NCBI GenBank assembly: GCA_001643675.2
Contig: LSRY02000060.1
Location: 62,001-126,000, forward strand
DNA length: 64,000 nt
Direction of reading: 5' to 3'
From: Monocercomonoides exilis PA203
Lineage: Eukaryota > Protista > Preaxostyla
The notes below the pieces were generated by a model. That model made no database searches. It saw only the letters and a list, made by a program, of their open reading frames with translations, and was not told the origin of the DNA. Shown here piece after piece: positions 12,678 to 24,628 of the stretch (its first letter is position 1; the number at the start of each line of letters is the position of its first letter). Made by a program: the position numbers and the translations under genes.

Positions 12678-14071
12678 ATGCAAGAGATAGGTAACGCAAA
12701 ACATTTCACTGGTTTGCATTCATAAATGCATTTGGAATTTCGATAATTGCATTTCTTTCTATTTTTCTTTTTTGAAGAATTGTTTTCTGAACTTGAACAT
12801 TGCAATGAAGATGAACAAAGAAAGAAAATCAGAGAAATGAATTTGTTAAAAGAAGAGATGGTTGAAGAAGAATTCGCATCCGTTTTTTCAGAAGAACTGT
12901 TCAAAAAAATAGTCAAAATGCTTGAGGAAAAGAAAATTTCTGTGGATTGCATTATTCTGTTGTTGAAGAATGTCGGATATTGCAGCGCATTAAAAGATCT
13001 ATCAAGGAGCAACTTTTATCGTTCTGAATTGAACAATAAAGTTCAAAAGATGATTATTGAAGAAGAAAAGAAAAAAGAAAGAAAGAACGAAAAGCTTTTG
13101 GCTGATCTCAGCGAATGCTATTTGTTTTTAAGCCGGTTCTTCTCGAAAGAAATGATTTCAATTTGTGTACCCTGTGTTCTGAAAACTGCATTGAAAAAGG
13201 AGGAAAGCAAAGAAGCACAAAAAGAAGTGGAAATGGCTTTGTTGACTTTGCGCAATGTTAAATATAATGTATGAATTGTTGTTTTTCATTTTTAACGTTT
13301 CTGAATTTCTTTCTCTTTTTTTAGGACATTGGAAAAGAACTGTATTTGAATGAGATCAAAGAGATAATCCTGCATCATCAACAACACAGAAATCTAACCC
13401 GGCTTTCCTATCAATCAGCTTGGGAATTTTTGATTTGCAGATTGGACAATGATAAAAGCTTGAAAAAAGTTTTTGTGAATGAACTGCATTTTGCGAGAGA
13501 GGCAGCAAGAGAACTTGAAGAGCTGTCGAAACGTGTGGATTGGAAGAGAGGAAAAGAAACCAAAGAAGAATACATTTTATTGAGATGGTTCAGAACGTTC
13601 GATTATTTCTTTAGGGAATGCAAATTGTGGAACGAAGAATTTGTTGGGCTCATCAACAGCATTGTTCAGATATTTGGAGCGACAAAGGATAATTACCAAT
13701 ATATTTGCATTCGGTGTATTGATGCATTAATATCTGCAATAAAAGTGAGAATTGCGATAGTTGAAGGCTTATTGAAATGCAGGGCAATTGACACTTTTTT
13801 GGAAGCGATTCAGCATCCAACATTAGATGAATGTGTGGTGTGTAAAAGCTTGGAAGTTTTTATTGAAATTTTAAAGAGATTGAAAGAAGAGGTAGACGAA
13901 GAAATAGAAAAAGCAAAAAGAAAATCAACTAAACGGAAGGTTTTTGAAAAGATGGAAGAAGAAGGATATGAAGATGCTATTGCATGCTTTCATGGAATAT
14001 TGCATTTTCTTTACAGAAAATATTATTGTGGACTATCGTCAAATATTTCTGATTATTTTGTGAATGTTTGA
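12678..14071 (+). CDS. Lineage-specific alpha-helical multigene family protein, copy 2 (3 exons, ~423 aa)
   Basis: Exons 12678-12711, 12778-13268, 13325-14071; introns 66 and 56 nt; same motifs and intron phases as copy 1. Confidence 0.88.
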
Positions 14072-14816
14072 GGAAATGAAATTCCTCGTATTTTATGACT
14101 CAAAATGTTTGTTTTTCTTTTTATCATTTCGTGAAATTGAAAATAATCATTTAAGAATATTTAAATTTTTATTTTTGTTTCGCTTCATTTTGATGAAATG
14201 AAGGGAAAAAGAGAGAGAGAATTAAAATGCCTTCTATTTTCTTCTTTTTCAAATGATTTGTCTGCTCTTCAAGTTTTTTGAAATAAAAATCAGTGAGTCA
14301 TTTATCATCCATCAACTTGAAATGTCTCTTCTCCGTTCCTTTGATTGGTTTTGTGTTCCTTTTGCTTCTTCCCCTGCTATTCCTTATTCCACTTAATTTC
14401 AGACTATTGAAACAAAAAATCATAACTTCATGATGAAATAGAAATTTTCGAGACGAAAATGAATAAAAAGAAACAGGATGCTTTCTTTTGCAAACTTGTG
14501 AGTTAAATGTTGCTTCTCAACCACAAAGGTCCTCTTTCTTTTTCTGTTTCACCTTACAATGTGACTCTTCAAAAAGTCATATCCAAAAAAAATGTTCAAT
14601 GCCAATTTTTTTAATGAGCAAGATCAATATTAAAAAAACAAGAAATAAAGTGGATGAAGATATAACATTTTGAAAATTGGAATAAATATTCTGTCAAAAA
14701 TTATTTCATTTACCCATATCTTCATTCTTCTTCAGAAAAGTTTACATCAGATAACATAATTTTGATTGTAGCATCTGCAGTTCATAAAATAATTCAATTC
14801 AAAAGTTGAAGAAATA

Positions 14817-16372
14817 CACTGCTCATCAGAATTATGTGATCCTGATGAAGTTTCTTTATTTTTTTACAACAAAAGCATAAGTCAAAAGCGAAAATATATC
14901 TATCAGTGAATAACAAAATGACATTTAAGATTTATCAGTTTTTGTTTTTAAAAAAAGACTTGATCAATATAAAAAAACGTTTATTTTTATATTTTGCAGG
15001 AAATTATTTTCAAAAAAATGTGATCCGGAAAAAAAGGTTAATTTGCGAATGATGAAAGTATTAATACAAAAAAAGAAATAATATACAAACAAAACAAAAT
15101 GACAAGAATTACAAAGGGCTCGATTCAAAAGAAAATACATATACTGCGCGATCAAGGAAAAGGAAGAAACGAAATTGCTCGTATATTGAATATTTCAGTC
15201 AATACTTCAAAAAAGTACTTGAAAACAAACCATATTCAATCAAAACGGCTTGTCAGACGCAAACTCGGAAGGCCACTTATTCTTACGCCTGCTCTGTTGA
15301 GGAAAGCTAAAAAAGAATCAAAATGCATGAAAATTCGAAGAGCCAGAGATCTAACCGATTATCTTGGTGTAAATTGCAGCAATTCCACTGCTCATCGACT
15401 ATTGCGCTTAATTAATAGAAAATATACTAAGAGAAAAATCAAACCTTATTTATCAAAGAATGCTTGTGAGAAGAGAAACGAATTTGCGGAAAAACATTTA
15501 AGGGATGATGAATTATGGGAACTTACGATCTTCGCAGATGAAAAAAAATTCAATTTATTTGGATCAGATAATACAAGAATGGAATGGATTGAAAAAGATA
15601 ATGAGGAAATTTTCGATCATCAAAGTCAGAATAAACATGAAAAAATAAATATATGGGCTGCAGTGGGTTTTAATTTCAAATCACCAATCGTTTTTGTCAG
15701 TGAAACAATGAATTCTGAGGAATATTGTCGTATTTTGAAATTTTCATTAATTCCTTATGCACGCAAGCGATTCAAAAATTATTGGAGATTTATCCACGAT
15801 AATTCACCAATTCATCGATCTTTAAAGGTGCAAAATGTTATCAAAGAATTTTCAATAACCAGCGGAGAATGGCCTCCTTATTCTCCAGATTTAAATATCA
15901 TCGAAAATGTGTGGAGCATTTTATCTAGGATAGTTTTCAAAGATGGAAAACCAAAGAAAAATGTGAATGAGCTGAAACAATCAATTTTGGATGCCTGGAA
16001 TGAAATTGAAATGGATATAATAAATAAACTTGTTCATTCGATGTACAAACGCCTTAAAACAGTTATTTTGAATGAAGGAGGATCAATCAACTATTAATAT
16101 ATTTTTATTATGTTATTGGCATTAATTTTTGAAATTTAACTTTTTTTTGAAAATTCAGATCACATATTTTTGACAAATAATTTTTTCTATTTACAGGAAA
16201 ATCGTTCTTTTTTTATCGTTTTTAAAAAAAAGAGGGAAAAAAATTATCTCTATTGCAAAGCATTAACGTGTTTGATAATAATAATAATTGAATGTGATTT
16301 TTTTTCCTTTCATTACTGTTGCTTCACATTTTCAATTTTTGTAAGTGGATCAGTTATTTTTGATTGTCAGTG
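14817..16372 (+). mobile_element. Tc1-family DNA transposon (IR/DR type), 1556 bp
   Basis: TA at 14815-16 and 16373-74; ends CACTGCTCATCAGAATTATGTGATCC and GGATCAGTTATTTTTGATTGTCAGTG (19/26 inverted match); inner ATGTGATC motifs at 15018 and, inverted, at 16158. Confidence 0.85.
15099..16097 (+). CDS. Tc1 transposase, DD34E, intact (332 aa)
   Basis: N-terminal HTH, GRP linker, IFADEKKF, FIHDNSPIH, WPPYSPDLNIIENVW; 34 residues between the second D and the E. Confidence 0.95.
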   Translation: MTRITKGSIQKKIHILRDQGKGRNEIARILNISVNTSKKYLKTNHIQSKRLVRRKLGRPLILTPALLRKAKKESKCMKIRRARDLTDYLGVNCSNSTAHRLLRLINRKYTKRKIKPYLSKNACEKRNEFAEKHLRDDELWELTIFADEKKFNLFGSDNTRMEWIEKDNEEIFDHQSQNKHEKINIWAAVGFNFKSPIVFVSETMNSEEYCRILKFSLIPYARKRFKNYWRFIHDNSPIHRSLKVQNVIKEFSITSGEWPPYSPDLNIIENVWSILSRIVFKDGKPKKNVNELKQSILDAWNEIEMDIINKLVHSMYKRLKTVILNEGGSINY

Positions 16373-16649
16373 TAATAACTTTTGACTGCTATTTCTGTAC
16401 TTCCATTGAAGGTGATGGAATTGAAAAGGAAAGAAGAATGAAAGGATGAAACGGATACTTTCGTGTGAGATAAATGATGCGCTGTGAAGTGACTGAAGTT
16501 TGTGAAATTTAAAAGGAAGAAGATAATTTCCCTGTGAAAAAGATGGAAAATACTGAATCAACATTTCTGATAAATGATTTGCGAAATGTTCTTGAATAGC
16601 TAAAAATGCTGTGAAGTTAATAAGATGAAGTGAGGGATGATAAAAGATC

Positions 16650-18720
16650 AAATGTTCAAGAAGAAGAAATTGAAGGAGAAGGAGAAGGAGATGCAGAATA
16701 AGAAGAAAGAGGTTTGTATGAGTTTTCTATTGCTTTTGGAGAAGACTTGAAAGAATTGAGCGAAAATGCATCTAAAATCTGATAAATCAAATATCAAGGT
16801 GAAAAAATAGAAGATGATCTTTCTATCAGTGAAAAATTGAAGAATTTGGTTGTTTCCCTCTCGTATTTGGTTTCTCGTTGGCTTTTTCGTTTCCCGCTTG
16901 CAGTTGAGGAACCTTTTTTGATATATTTCTTCCATATCCGTCGTATTATTTGCTTGCTCTTCATCTTCTTTTCTTTTCTTTTCAGATCTTGTTCAGTTCA
17001 CTCCTGAAAGTGGTTATTCAACAGGTAAACAAATTGCTTCAATTCTTCTCCTTCTTTTCCTCTTCCTTCCTCATTCTTCCCGAGCTGCGCCAATAGCACC
17101 CATAGAAGATTCATCGCCTCTCCTTCAGCATGCTCTGATTTCTCCCTCTCTTCAGCATCTGTGCTATCTCTTCCAGACACACACACACACACTCACTCAC
17201 TCACGCAAACTCACACAAACGCACAAACATGCAAACACACACCACAATCACCTCCGTTATTTTTCTCTTTTTCTCTCTTTTTCTCTCTATTCATCTTTCT
17301 TTCTTTCTTTCTTTCTTTCTCCCTTGTAATTTAGTATTCTGCAGAGCTCTCAGCGAATATTATCGTGCACAATGTGTGTGTCTTCCCCTCCAATCGAACA
17401 GAGAGAATGCAAAAATCAATGGCAAAGAATGGTTAACTCCATTGGAATTGTCTCAATTTCGATGTTACAACACAACAGATGCTTCATCATTGCAGCAGAG
17501 AGGTAGAAGATGAGGAAGGAGATGAAGAAGGCTCAACTGAGGAAAAAGGTTGAATTTGAAAAGTCTAATCCAGAGGTGGAATGTCAGACAACATATTTGG
17601 CCTTTCCTCTTTTTTTCCCTTCAATCAGATTATCCACTCTTCATTGTTTCACTTCTTCTTGTCCTAACTGCTTGCCTATTCCAGCTCCGTTCACTTCCAG
17701 AGCATATCTTCGTTCTAATGCTGCTTTTTTTAAAGCTCTTCTTCCACTTCTAGGAGAATCGCTCCAGCTGTAACTCTCCCAAACAATCCGCCCAAACACA
17801 CGCTTCTCTCTTTCTTTTTGCTCAAATTCAATTTCTTTCTCATCTTTGTAGGTTTGTTTCATTCTTTTTCCTTTTCTTCTTTTCTATTATCTCTTTCAGT
17901 CTCATCTGCATTTTTTCAAGATAGCCCTTTCTTCTTCTTTGGTTTTTAATTTTTGGATTTTCTTTTGTGAAAAAGATTGTCTTCAAAAGATATATCCGTT
18001 TTCTGTTTCTATTTGATCTCCTTTTTCTTCTTTCAGTTGAACTCTTCTTGTTATGCTCTCTTTCTTTTCATCAAAAATTTTCGTTTCTTTCGAAAATGAT
18101 TTTCACAGACAAAATTTTCATTCTTTTCTCAGTCTGAAGCTCATTTTTTCATTCTGCCTCTTCTTTGTCACCTCTGCCATTTCTCCCTGTACCCCTCATT
18201 CTTCTTCTCCTCCTCCTCCTCCTGATTTTCTGTCAATTTTGCTTCTACTTCAAGTTGACGTTTGCAAAAGACGGACCAGTTTCTGTTGTTTCTTCGTCAT
18301 CTTCCTCTTTGTTATTGTTTGATTTTGCGACTGTTCTCCTCTTTCGAATTGGTTGCGGAATTTTCTCGCCTTCTTTTCTTCTTCCTGTATTCTCCGTCAA
18401 GTTGTTTGTTGAACGCGTCAATTTCTTTGGCTCGGCCCTTTTCGTGCCCATCATCCTCGTCAATGATCCAGCCATCTTTCTCGATAATTCCGAACGGAGC
18501 TTCGATTTCTTTCACCTTACGCTCCTCCTCTTTCATCTTTTTATTTGTATCTCTTGGCTTTGCTCTTCTGAATGGAGGCGTATCACATTCTTCATCAAAT
18601 TCTTCGAGCTCGCCTTTCTTTTCTATCATAATCTCCTCTCCTTTCCATTCTCTTTTTCCTCTTCAGCTGCTTTGCATTTATATAAACATGATTTCTTCTT
18701 TCATCAAAAATATCTCATTG
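16650..18720 (-). pseudogene. Decayed charged (E/K/R-rich) protein-coding fragments, product unknown
   Basis: Successive short minus-strand ORFs (18312-18629, 17641-17862, 16998-17192) with protein-like composition, separated by stops and frameshifts. Confidence 0.35.
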
Positions 18721-19250
18721 TAATTCAGTTTTCTTGTCTGACCTCCAAAATCTCTGCTCAAAATTGTTCTTTTCCTCTCCTTTTTTCTTCAATTCATGAA
18801 ATAATCCAAAAATCTGTTCTTTCAAACCTTTATTTTTCTCAAGCCTGATGCAAACGCAATGTATTCATTCAAAAATAAAACTTTTCATTTGGCTTGCTGA
18901 GGATGAATCGAAAAGACGAAGCAAACGACACCGTAATGTTAATGCAAATGGCTGATAAACTTGATGGAAAAGTCTTCCTTTGCCTTTACTCCTCCATTCT
19001 TCAATATTTCCGTTTCTAACCAAAATAAAAATAGTTCAAATCATTCAGAAAGCATGCACTCGCTCAATAGAAAAGAAGAAGAAAAGGAAGAAGAAGAAAA
19101 AAAAGAAAAAGAAAAAGAAGAAGAAGAAGAAGAAGCAACTGTTGCGTCTGATGAGGCTGGTGAGTGAGAACGAGTATAGCTTCGATGCAAAGCAGATGGA
19201 AAGTCCGAAGATGAATGCAAATAGGAGGGATAAGCAGCAGCAGAAGAGGA

Positions 19251-19338
19251 GAAGGAAGAAGAAGAAGAAGAAGATGGAAAAGAAGCAAAAGGATCAGAAG
19301 TGAACATAGCAGCGAACGAGACGAATATTCTCTTCCTC
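19251..19338 (+). repeat. Dispersed ~85-bp repeat, second copy at ~37041-37127
   Basis: GAAGAAGATGGAAAAGAA(G/A)CAAAAGGATCAGAAGTGAA(C/T)ATAGCAGCGAACGAGACGAATATTCTCTTCCTCT at both sites. Confidence 0.85.
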
Positions 19339-19497
19339 TTCTTCCTCTTCTTCCTCTTCTTCCTCTCAACCTTCCAACCATCGCTCCTCTTCTCTCTCTT
19401 CCTCCTTCCAAGTTCCTCCTCTTTCTCTCTCCTTCAGCAAGTTCAAACAGAATTCTCATTCATCCAAGACAATTCTTCCTTCCATTGCAAATCTTCC

Positions 19498-19564
19498 TTC
19501 TTCTTCTTCTTCTTCTTCTTCTTCTTCTTCTTCTTCTTCTTCTTCTTCTTCTTCTTCTTCTTCC

Positions 19565-19595
<31 letters not shown>

Positions 19596-19630
19596 CTTCT
19601 TCTTCTTCTTCTTCTTCTTCTTCTTCTTCT

Positions 19631-19671
<41 letters not shown>

Positions 19672-19724
19672 TTCGTCTTCGTCTTCTTCTTCTTCTTCGT
19701 CTTCTTCTTCGTCTTCTTCTTCTT
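19498..19724. repeat. Compound (TTC)n/(GTC)n microsatellite
   Basis: Over 40 TTC units, then ~13 GTC units, then mixed units. Confidence 0.95.
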
Positions 19725-19796
19725 TTGTTTCCTTTCTTTTTCTGACTTTACAAAGACAATTTCCAAAAAATCAGAAATAGAAAAAGCACTTTGGAT

Positions 19797-21220
19797 TTAA
19801 ACATCTGCAAAAAAATCAAAAATATCCAACGATATATAATCATGATGTTTCTCGTTGAGAAAATCAATTGTTTCATAAAAATTTGTGATGATTTCTTCGT
19901 ATCCTTCTTCTTCCATCTTTTCAAATAATTTCATTTCCACTTCTTTTCTTTTTCCTTTTTCCTTTTCATCATCCGTATTTTCTTTCAATTTCTTTGAAAC
20001 ATTTATAAAAAACGAAAAGCTTTCATATGCCACTATGTCATTCAACGTTGGCTGCAGAATTTCCTCCAAAAAGAGATCAATAGCTCCTATGTTCATCAAG
20101 TGATCAATTTTGACATTTCGATTTTCTGATACTTTTCCTAATGAATAAAGGCATAGACGGTTTGTATATGGGTAATTATCCCTTGATGCTCGAAACATCT
20201 GAACAATGCTGCCTATTAGCTCAACATATTCTTCACTCCACAATTTACAGCAGCTAAAAAAAACCTCCAATATTTTGAGCCATCTTTTCAAAATAAGCTC
20301 TTCTTTCATTTCCTTCACTTTCCTTTCTCCTTTTCCCTCTTCTTTTCTCTTTAAGTCAACGCTGTTCGATAGCTCTTCCATTTCAGTCGACGCTTCTTTA
20401 ATAAAATGCAATTCATTTACAATCACTCCTTCCAAGTCTTCTTCGTATTCGAATTCGTACATCAAAAACTGCCAAGCAGATTGATAAGCAAGTCGTGTCA
20501 GGTTGTGATGCTCTTGATGATATTGGACTATCTCTTTGATTTCATTGAGGCAAAGTTCTTTTTCAATTATCTAATTAAAATCATTTAAAAAAATGACATC
20601 AAAAATGAAATAGAAGTGTTCAGACATGATACCCTGGAATGTTACTCAACGCAAGCAATGCAATTTCCACATCTTTTTGTGATTCTTTGCTTTCATCTTT
20701 ATTCAACTTAACTTTCAGAAGACAAGGCACACAAATTGATAAAAACTTTGAAGAAAGCCAGCCTCTATGCAAAAGACAGCATCCGCAAAGATCCGTCAAA
20801 AACTTTTCATTTTTCACTTCATTCTTCTTCTTTTCATCAGTTATCAACTTTTTGAATCTTTTGTTCAACGAAGTTTTATCAATGCCAAAAGCCCATATAA
20901 ATTTCAAAATTTTCCAACATCCAATGTATTTCAACAACAGAATGGCATTTCCAAAATTCAATTTCTTTTCTTCAATCATTTTGTCCATTTTGTCGAACAG
21001 AACTACAGTATAAATATATTTGAATTCATCTTTATTCATTCCATCAATTATTTCATTCATTTCCTCAATTTTCACTTTCTGCTCTTCCTCATCGCAATCT
21101 TCCAGTTCGTAAAACAATTCTTCAAATAAAAAATAAAGAAAGAAAATCTAATCAACTGGAATTCGAGTACGGTAATAGATGCAAACTATTGAACATTTTT
21201 GTGTTGTCTGTCTCCTGCAT
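19797..21220 (-). CDS. Lineage-specific alpha-helical multigene family protein, copy 3 (3 exons, ~433 aa)
   Basis: Exons 21220-21187, 21119-20626, 20570-19797; introns 67 and 55 nt; family motifs present. Confidence 0.87.
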
Positions 21221-21740
21221 TTTTTTAAAAAAAAAGTGTTTTAGAAAGCAATAACATTTCATCCATTCACATTGAACGAGTTCATGTTTGGGTAGTAGAA
21301 ATAAATGAAATATAAATACTCCAAAACAGGAATAAAAAGATGTGCATCCATACCGTACTTTCTTGCATTTGCATTTACAGCAAGTGAAAATAATAATAAC
21401 CAATGTTAATTCTTTTAAATTTTTTCGTAATGGCTGCTAAGATCAAATGGTTTGTTTAAATTGAATTTGCTGCAGAATTCTTGCATTTTTGAAAAGTTCA
21501 ATGATTTGTTCCAGACTTTTTTGTAATCGTATTATTACAAAACTGACATTGCAGTGCTATATTGAATGTTGAAATTATAAAAAGTTGAGAAAAATCTTGA
21601 TAGAACTGTGTGGAACAAAATCCATTATGCAAAAAATTTCGTCCCATATCAGTTTACAAAATGAGCGTTCGACGAGTTGGTTTTTTCTCTTAAATTATAA
21701 ATAATATTGCATGTGATAAAAAATGACAACGATTGAGATA

Positions 21741-24364
21741 CAGCGTGTGCCTTTCCCGATCCAAGTGCAAAACCCAATCTGTAATAAAAAAGAATAAACA
21801 GTATTTTCAAAATGAAAATAGAATTTCAACTGAATATTTCAAACTGCGCTCATTGTTTTACAATAATGTAACTCTCAGCCCATTAACGATGAGCTTGAAT
21901 GTCAAAAACGATTCATTAACTGTAAATCAAAAACTTATGAAAGTTTCATATTTCAATACAAAAAGCAAAAAAAAGTGTTTGTTCGTTTTTGCACATTATC
22001 AATTTGTTATCAAGTACATTATTCCGAGACATTTGCATTATTTTGACTTTCCTTGCATCTTAAAAGCTTATATTTCTTTTTGATCAAATCCATAATGAAT
22101 AATTAAATGCAAAGAATTTCCTTTTCAACAGTTTCATAGAGAAGTTGCAGCAAACAAATATATAGTTTTTGAGTCGCCATTAAAAATATTTGCTGTTTTA
22201 CAAAACTTTCATATTAAATTGCAAACTGCAGTTAAAGGAAAAAATATATCAAAAGGAGCTTGGTTTCGAGCAAAAAAGGCGGAAAAGGAAGGAAGAGAAA
22301 TCGGACGCGATGGACACCCATTAATTATAACGGATAATCAGCTGGAAACAATTGAGAATCAAGTGTTGGCTCTTTTGTCGGAGCAAGCCACTGTTCGTGT
22401 CAGAGATATTCAATCGATGGTGTGTGATTGTTTTGTTTCAACTTTTCCAATCTATAATTTCATTTTTGTATGTTGATTCACTTGAAAAAAGTTCAGCTAC
22501 TGATCAGGATCCGAAAAAAATCAACAAAAAGACTGCCGATAAACTGCTTCGAAGGAGTTGCATACTTCATACAGTTGTTTCAAGACAAATGAAAATAAAG
22601 AAAATTGAAGCACGATCACATGACAAAGTGAGAGCTTGGTTCACTGAATTATCATCTCTCATTTCGGAGTTTAATATTTGTTCTTCTAATATTTTCAACT
22701 TTGATGAATTATCTTTGTCAATTGGTGAAACAACATCAAAACTTGTTGTCAGCCTCAAAGGACAAAATCCAATTGCTCCTAGATCTCCTCCTAAAAGGGA
22801 CTAATTCCACTTAGTGCATGCGTATTGCCGCGGTTGGTTCATCATTTCCTAGCTATCTTCCTTTTCCTTCGAAAGATCTTCCTTCAGAATTATCTTCTCT
22901 TTCTTATTTCAACATCCACTTTATTCCAGCTTATTCCGGATGGATCACTTAAGAAATATTTAAATCCATCATGTTGAATAACTGGTTTCCAATCAACATC
23001 AATAAATTAAAACCATCTCCAACACACAAATCTCTTCTTCTTATGGACAACCACCGAACACATTTCGACTAGGACGTTTCAAAAATTGGAAAAGATAAAT
23101 GAATTATTCTTAAAATTCTTCCCTCCAAACATGACACATCTTCCACAACCATGCGATTCGTGTGTGTTTTCTCAATTGAAAAATACTCTTTACAACAAGT
23201 TTTGTACACCAAACCCGTTTTCAATGAGCCGTTACAGATCTTCGTTAGCAGAAGCACTTCCTGATGCAGCTGCAACTGCATCAGCTCCATCAACCATTCG
23301 ATCCTCTTTCATATAAACAGGTGTTTGGCCTATTATATCAGCTCATGTGTTGGAAAGGATAACAGGATCTCCCCAAACAGATAGCAACACATAATCTTCA
23401 TCGTGCGTTTGAACTTCTCAATGGAAAGAAAAACTTCTTGGAGAATTTTCTCCGAAAAAGGAAACGCGAAAAAATGAAAATCAACAAGAAAGAAATTACG
23501 AGTCTTCCATAAAAGAGCAATCTTCATCCATCGATACATCTTCTTCATCTTCTCAGCCTCAAGCAATTAAGAAAATTTTGGACGGACATTCTGAAAATAA
23601 AATAACAACAAACAAAAAATCGCTTGATGAATTAGAGGATCAAATAAAGGATACGTTGAATCATTTGCTTTATCAACAAAATCAATATGAACTAGCAAAA
23701 ATTTAAAAAAAACCAGACAAAAGATAAAAAACGTTCACCAAAACATTCCAGAAAAGAACTTCGTTGCTTTACAAAAGAGAACGATCAGAAACATCTTAGC
23801 AAAGTGATTTGAAGGAATAGAAAAAAAATCCTCATTCGCAATGATGATAATTAAGGAACAGCTAAAAATGCTCACAAAGTTTAGGTTGAAAAATTCTTGA
23901 AGCCTCCAAGATTGCTTTCACCTGTTTGTTGCAAGAAAGAAAAGGAAATCAGAGAAAAATATTATGAAAAATTGAAAATTACGAAATAATATTATCGAAA
24001 AACGTTTATAACAATATTCTCATAACGAGAGTTGCTTTTGATAAGCTTTTCTTTTCTGTTTATTCTTTCATTCCATCTTTTCATTCATGCAAAAGAAACA
24101 GAAAGAGCAATAGAGGAATCTTTCACAAGTTTATATTCAAAAAATCGAATTTCAAAAGAAAATTGCAACGGATTTGAAAATTTTATATAATTTGATCAAA
24201 GACTTTTGAAAGGCCATGAGTGTCAAGTTTTGCATGGGGAAATCATTTTTAAAGAAATCAGGTTAATCAATACCAAAAAATGAAAGTCTCAGTCAAACGA
24301 GTGATTCAGAAAAGTTAAGAAAATGGATCTGGCTTTGCACTTGGATCGGGAAAAGCACCCACTG
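21741..24364 (+). mobile_element. Decayed pogo-like (DDE_1) DNA transposon A, 2624 bp
   Basis: ~39-bp TIRs: CAGCGTGTGCCTTTCCCGATCCAAGTGCAAAACC and GGCTTTGCACTTGGATCGGGAAAAGCACCCACTG; TA on the left, TT on the right. Broken transposase ~22200-23400 with IFNFDE, SGWIT, LLMDNH, THLPQPCD. Confidence 0.88.
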
Positions 24365-24628
24365 TTTGCTGTTTTCTGTCATTCAATAAATCTTTCTTTG
24401 TTCTTTTTGTATGGAATGGAAAATGGATGTTCATTCGAAACTTTATCGTAAATTAATCTCTTCCTTCAAATTATATTTCTTGTAATTGTTGAAATCAATC
24501 GTTTCACCAGAAGAAAAAAAAATTTTTTTTTAAGCATAACGAATTGAAAAATTGTTTTTTATCAAAAAATCAAATTATCTTTAAATATGTTTAAAAAACA
24601 TAATTATTGTTTAAAGGAACTTGTTATA

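Noticed and set aside
18961-19800. Poly-Leu, poly-Phe and poly-Lys ORFs
   Set aside because: Translations of TTC/GTC/GAA microsatellites with no gene structure.
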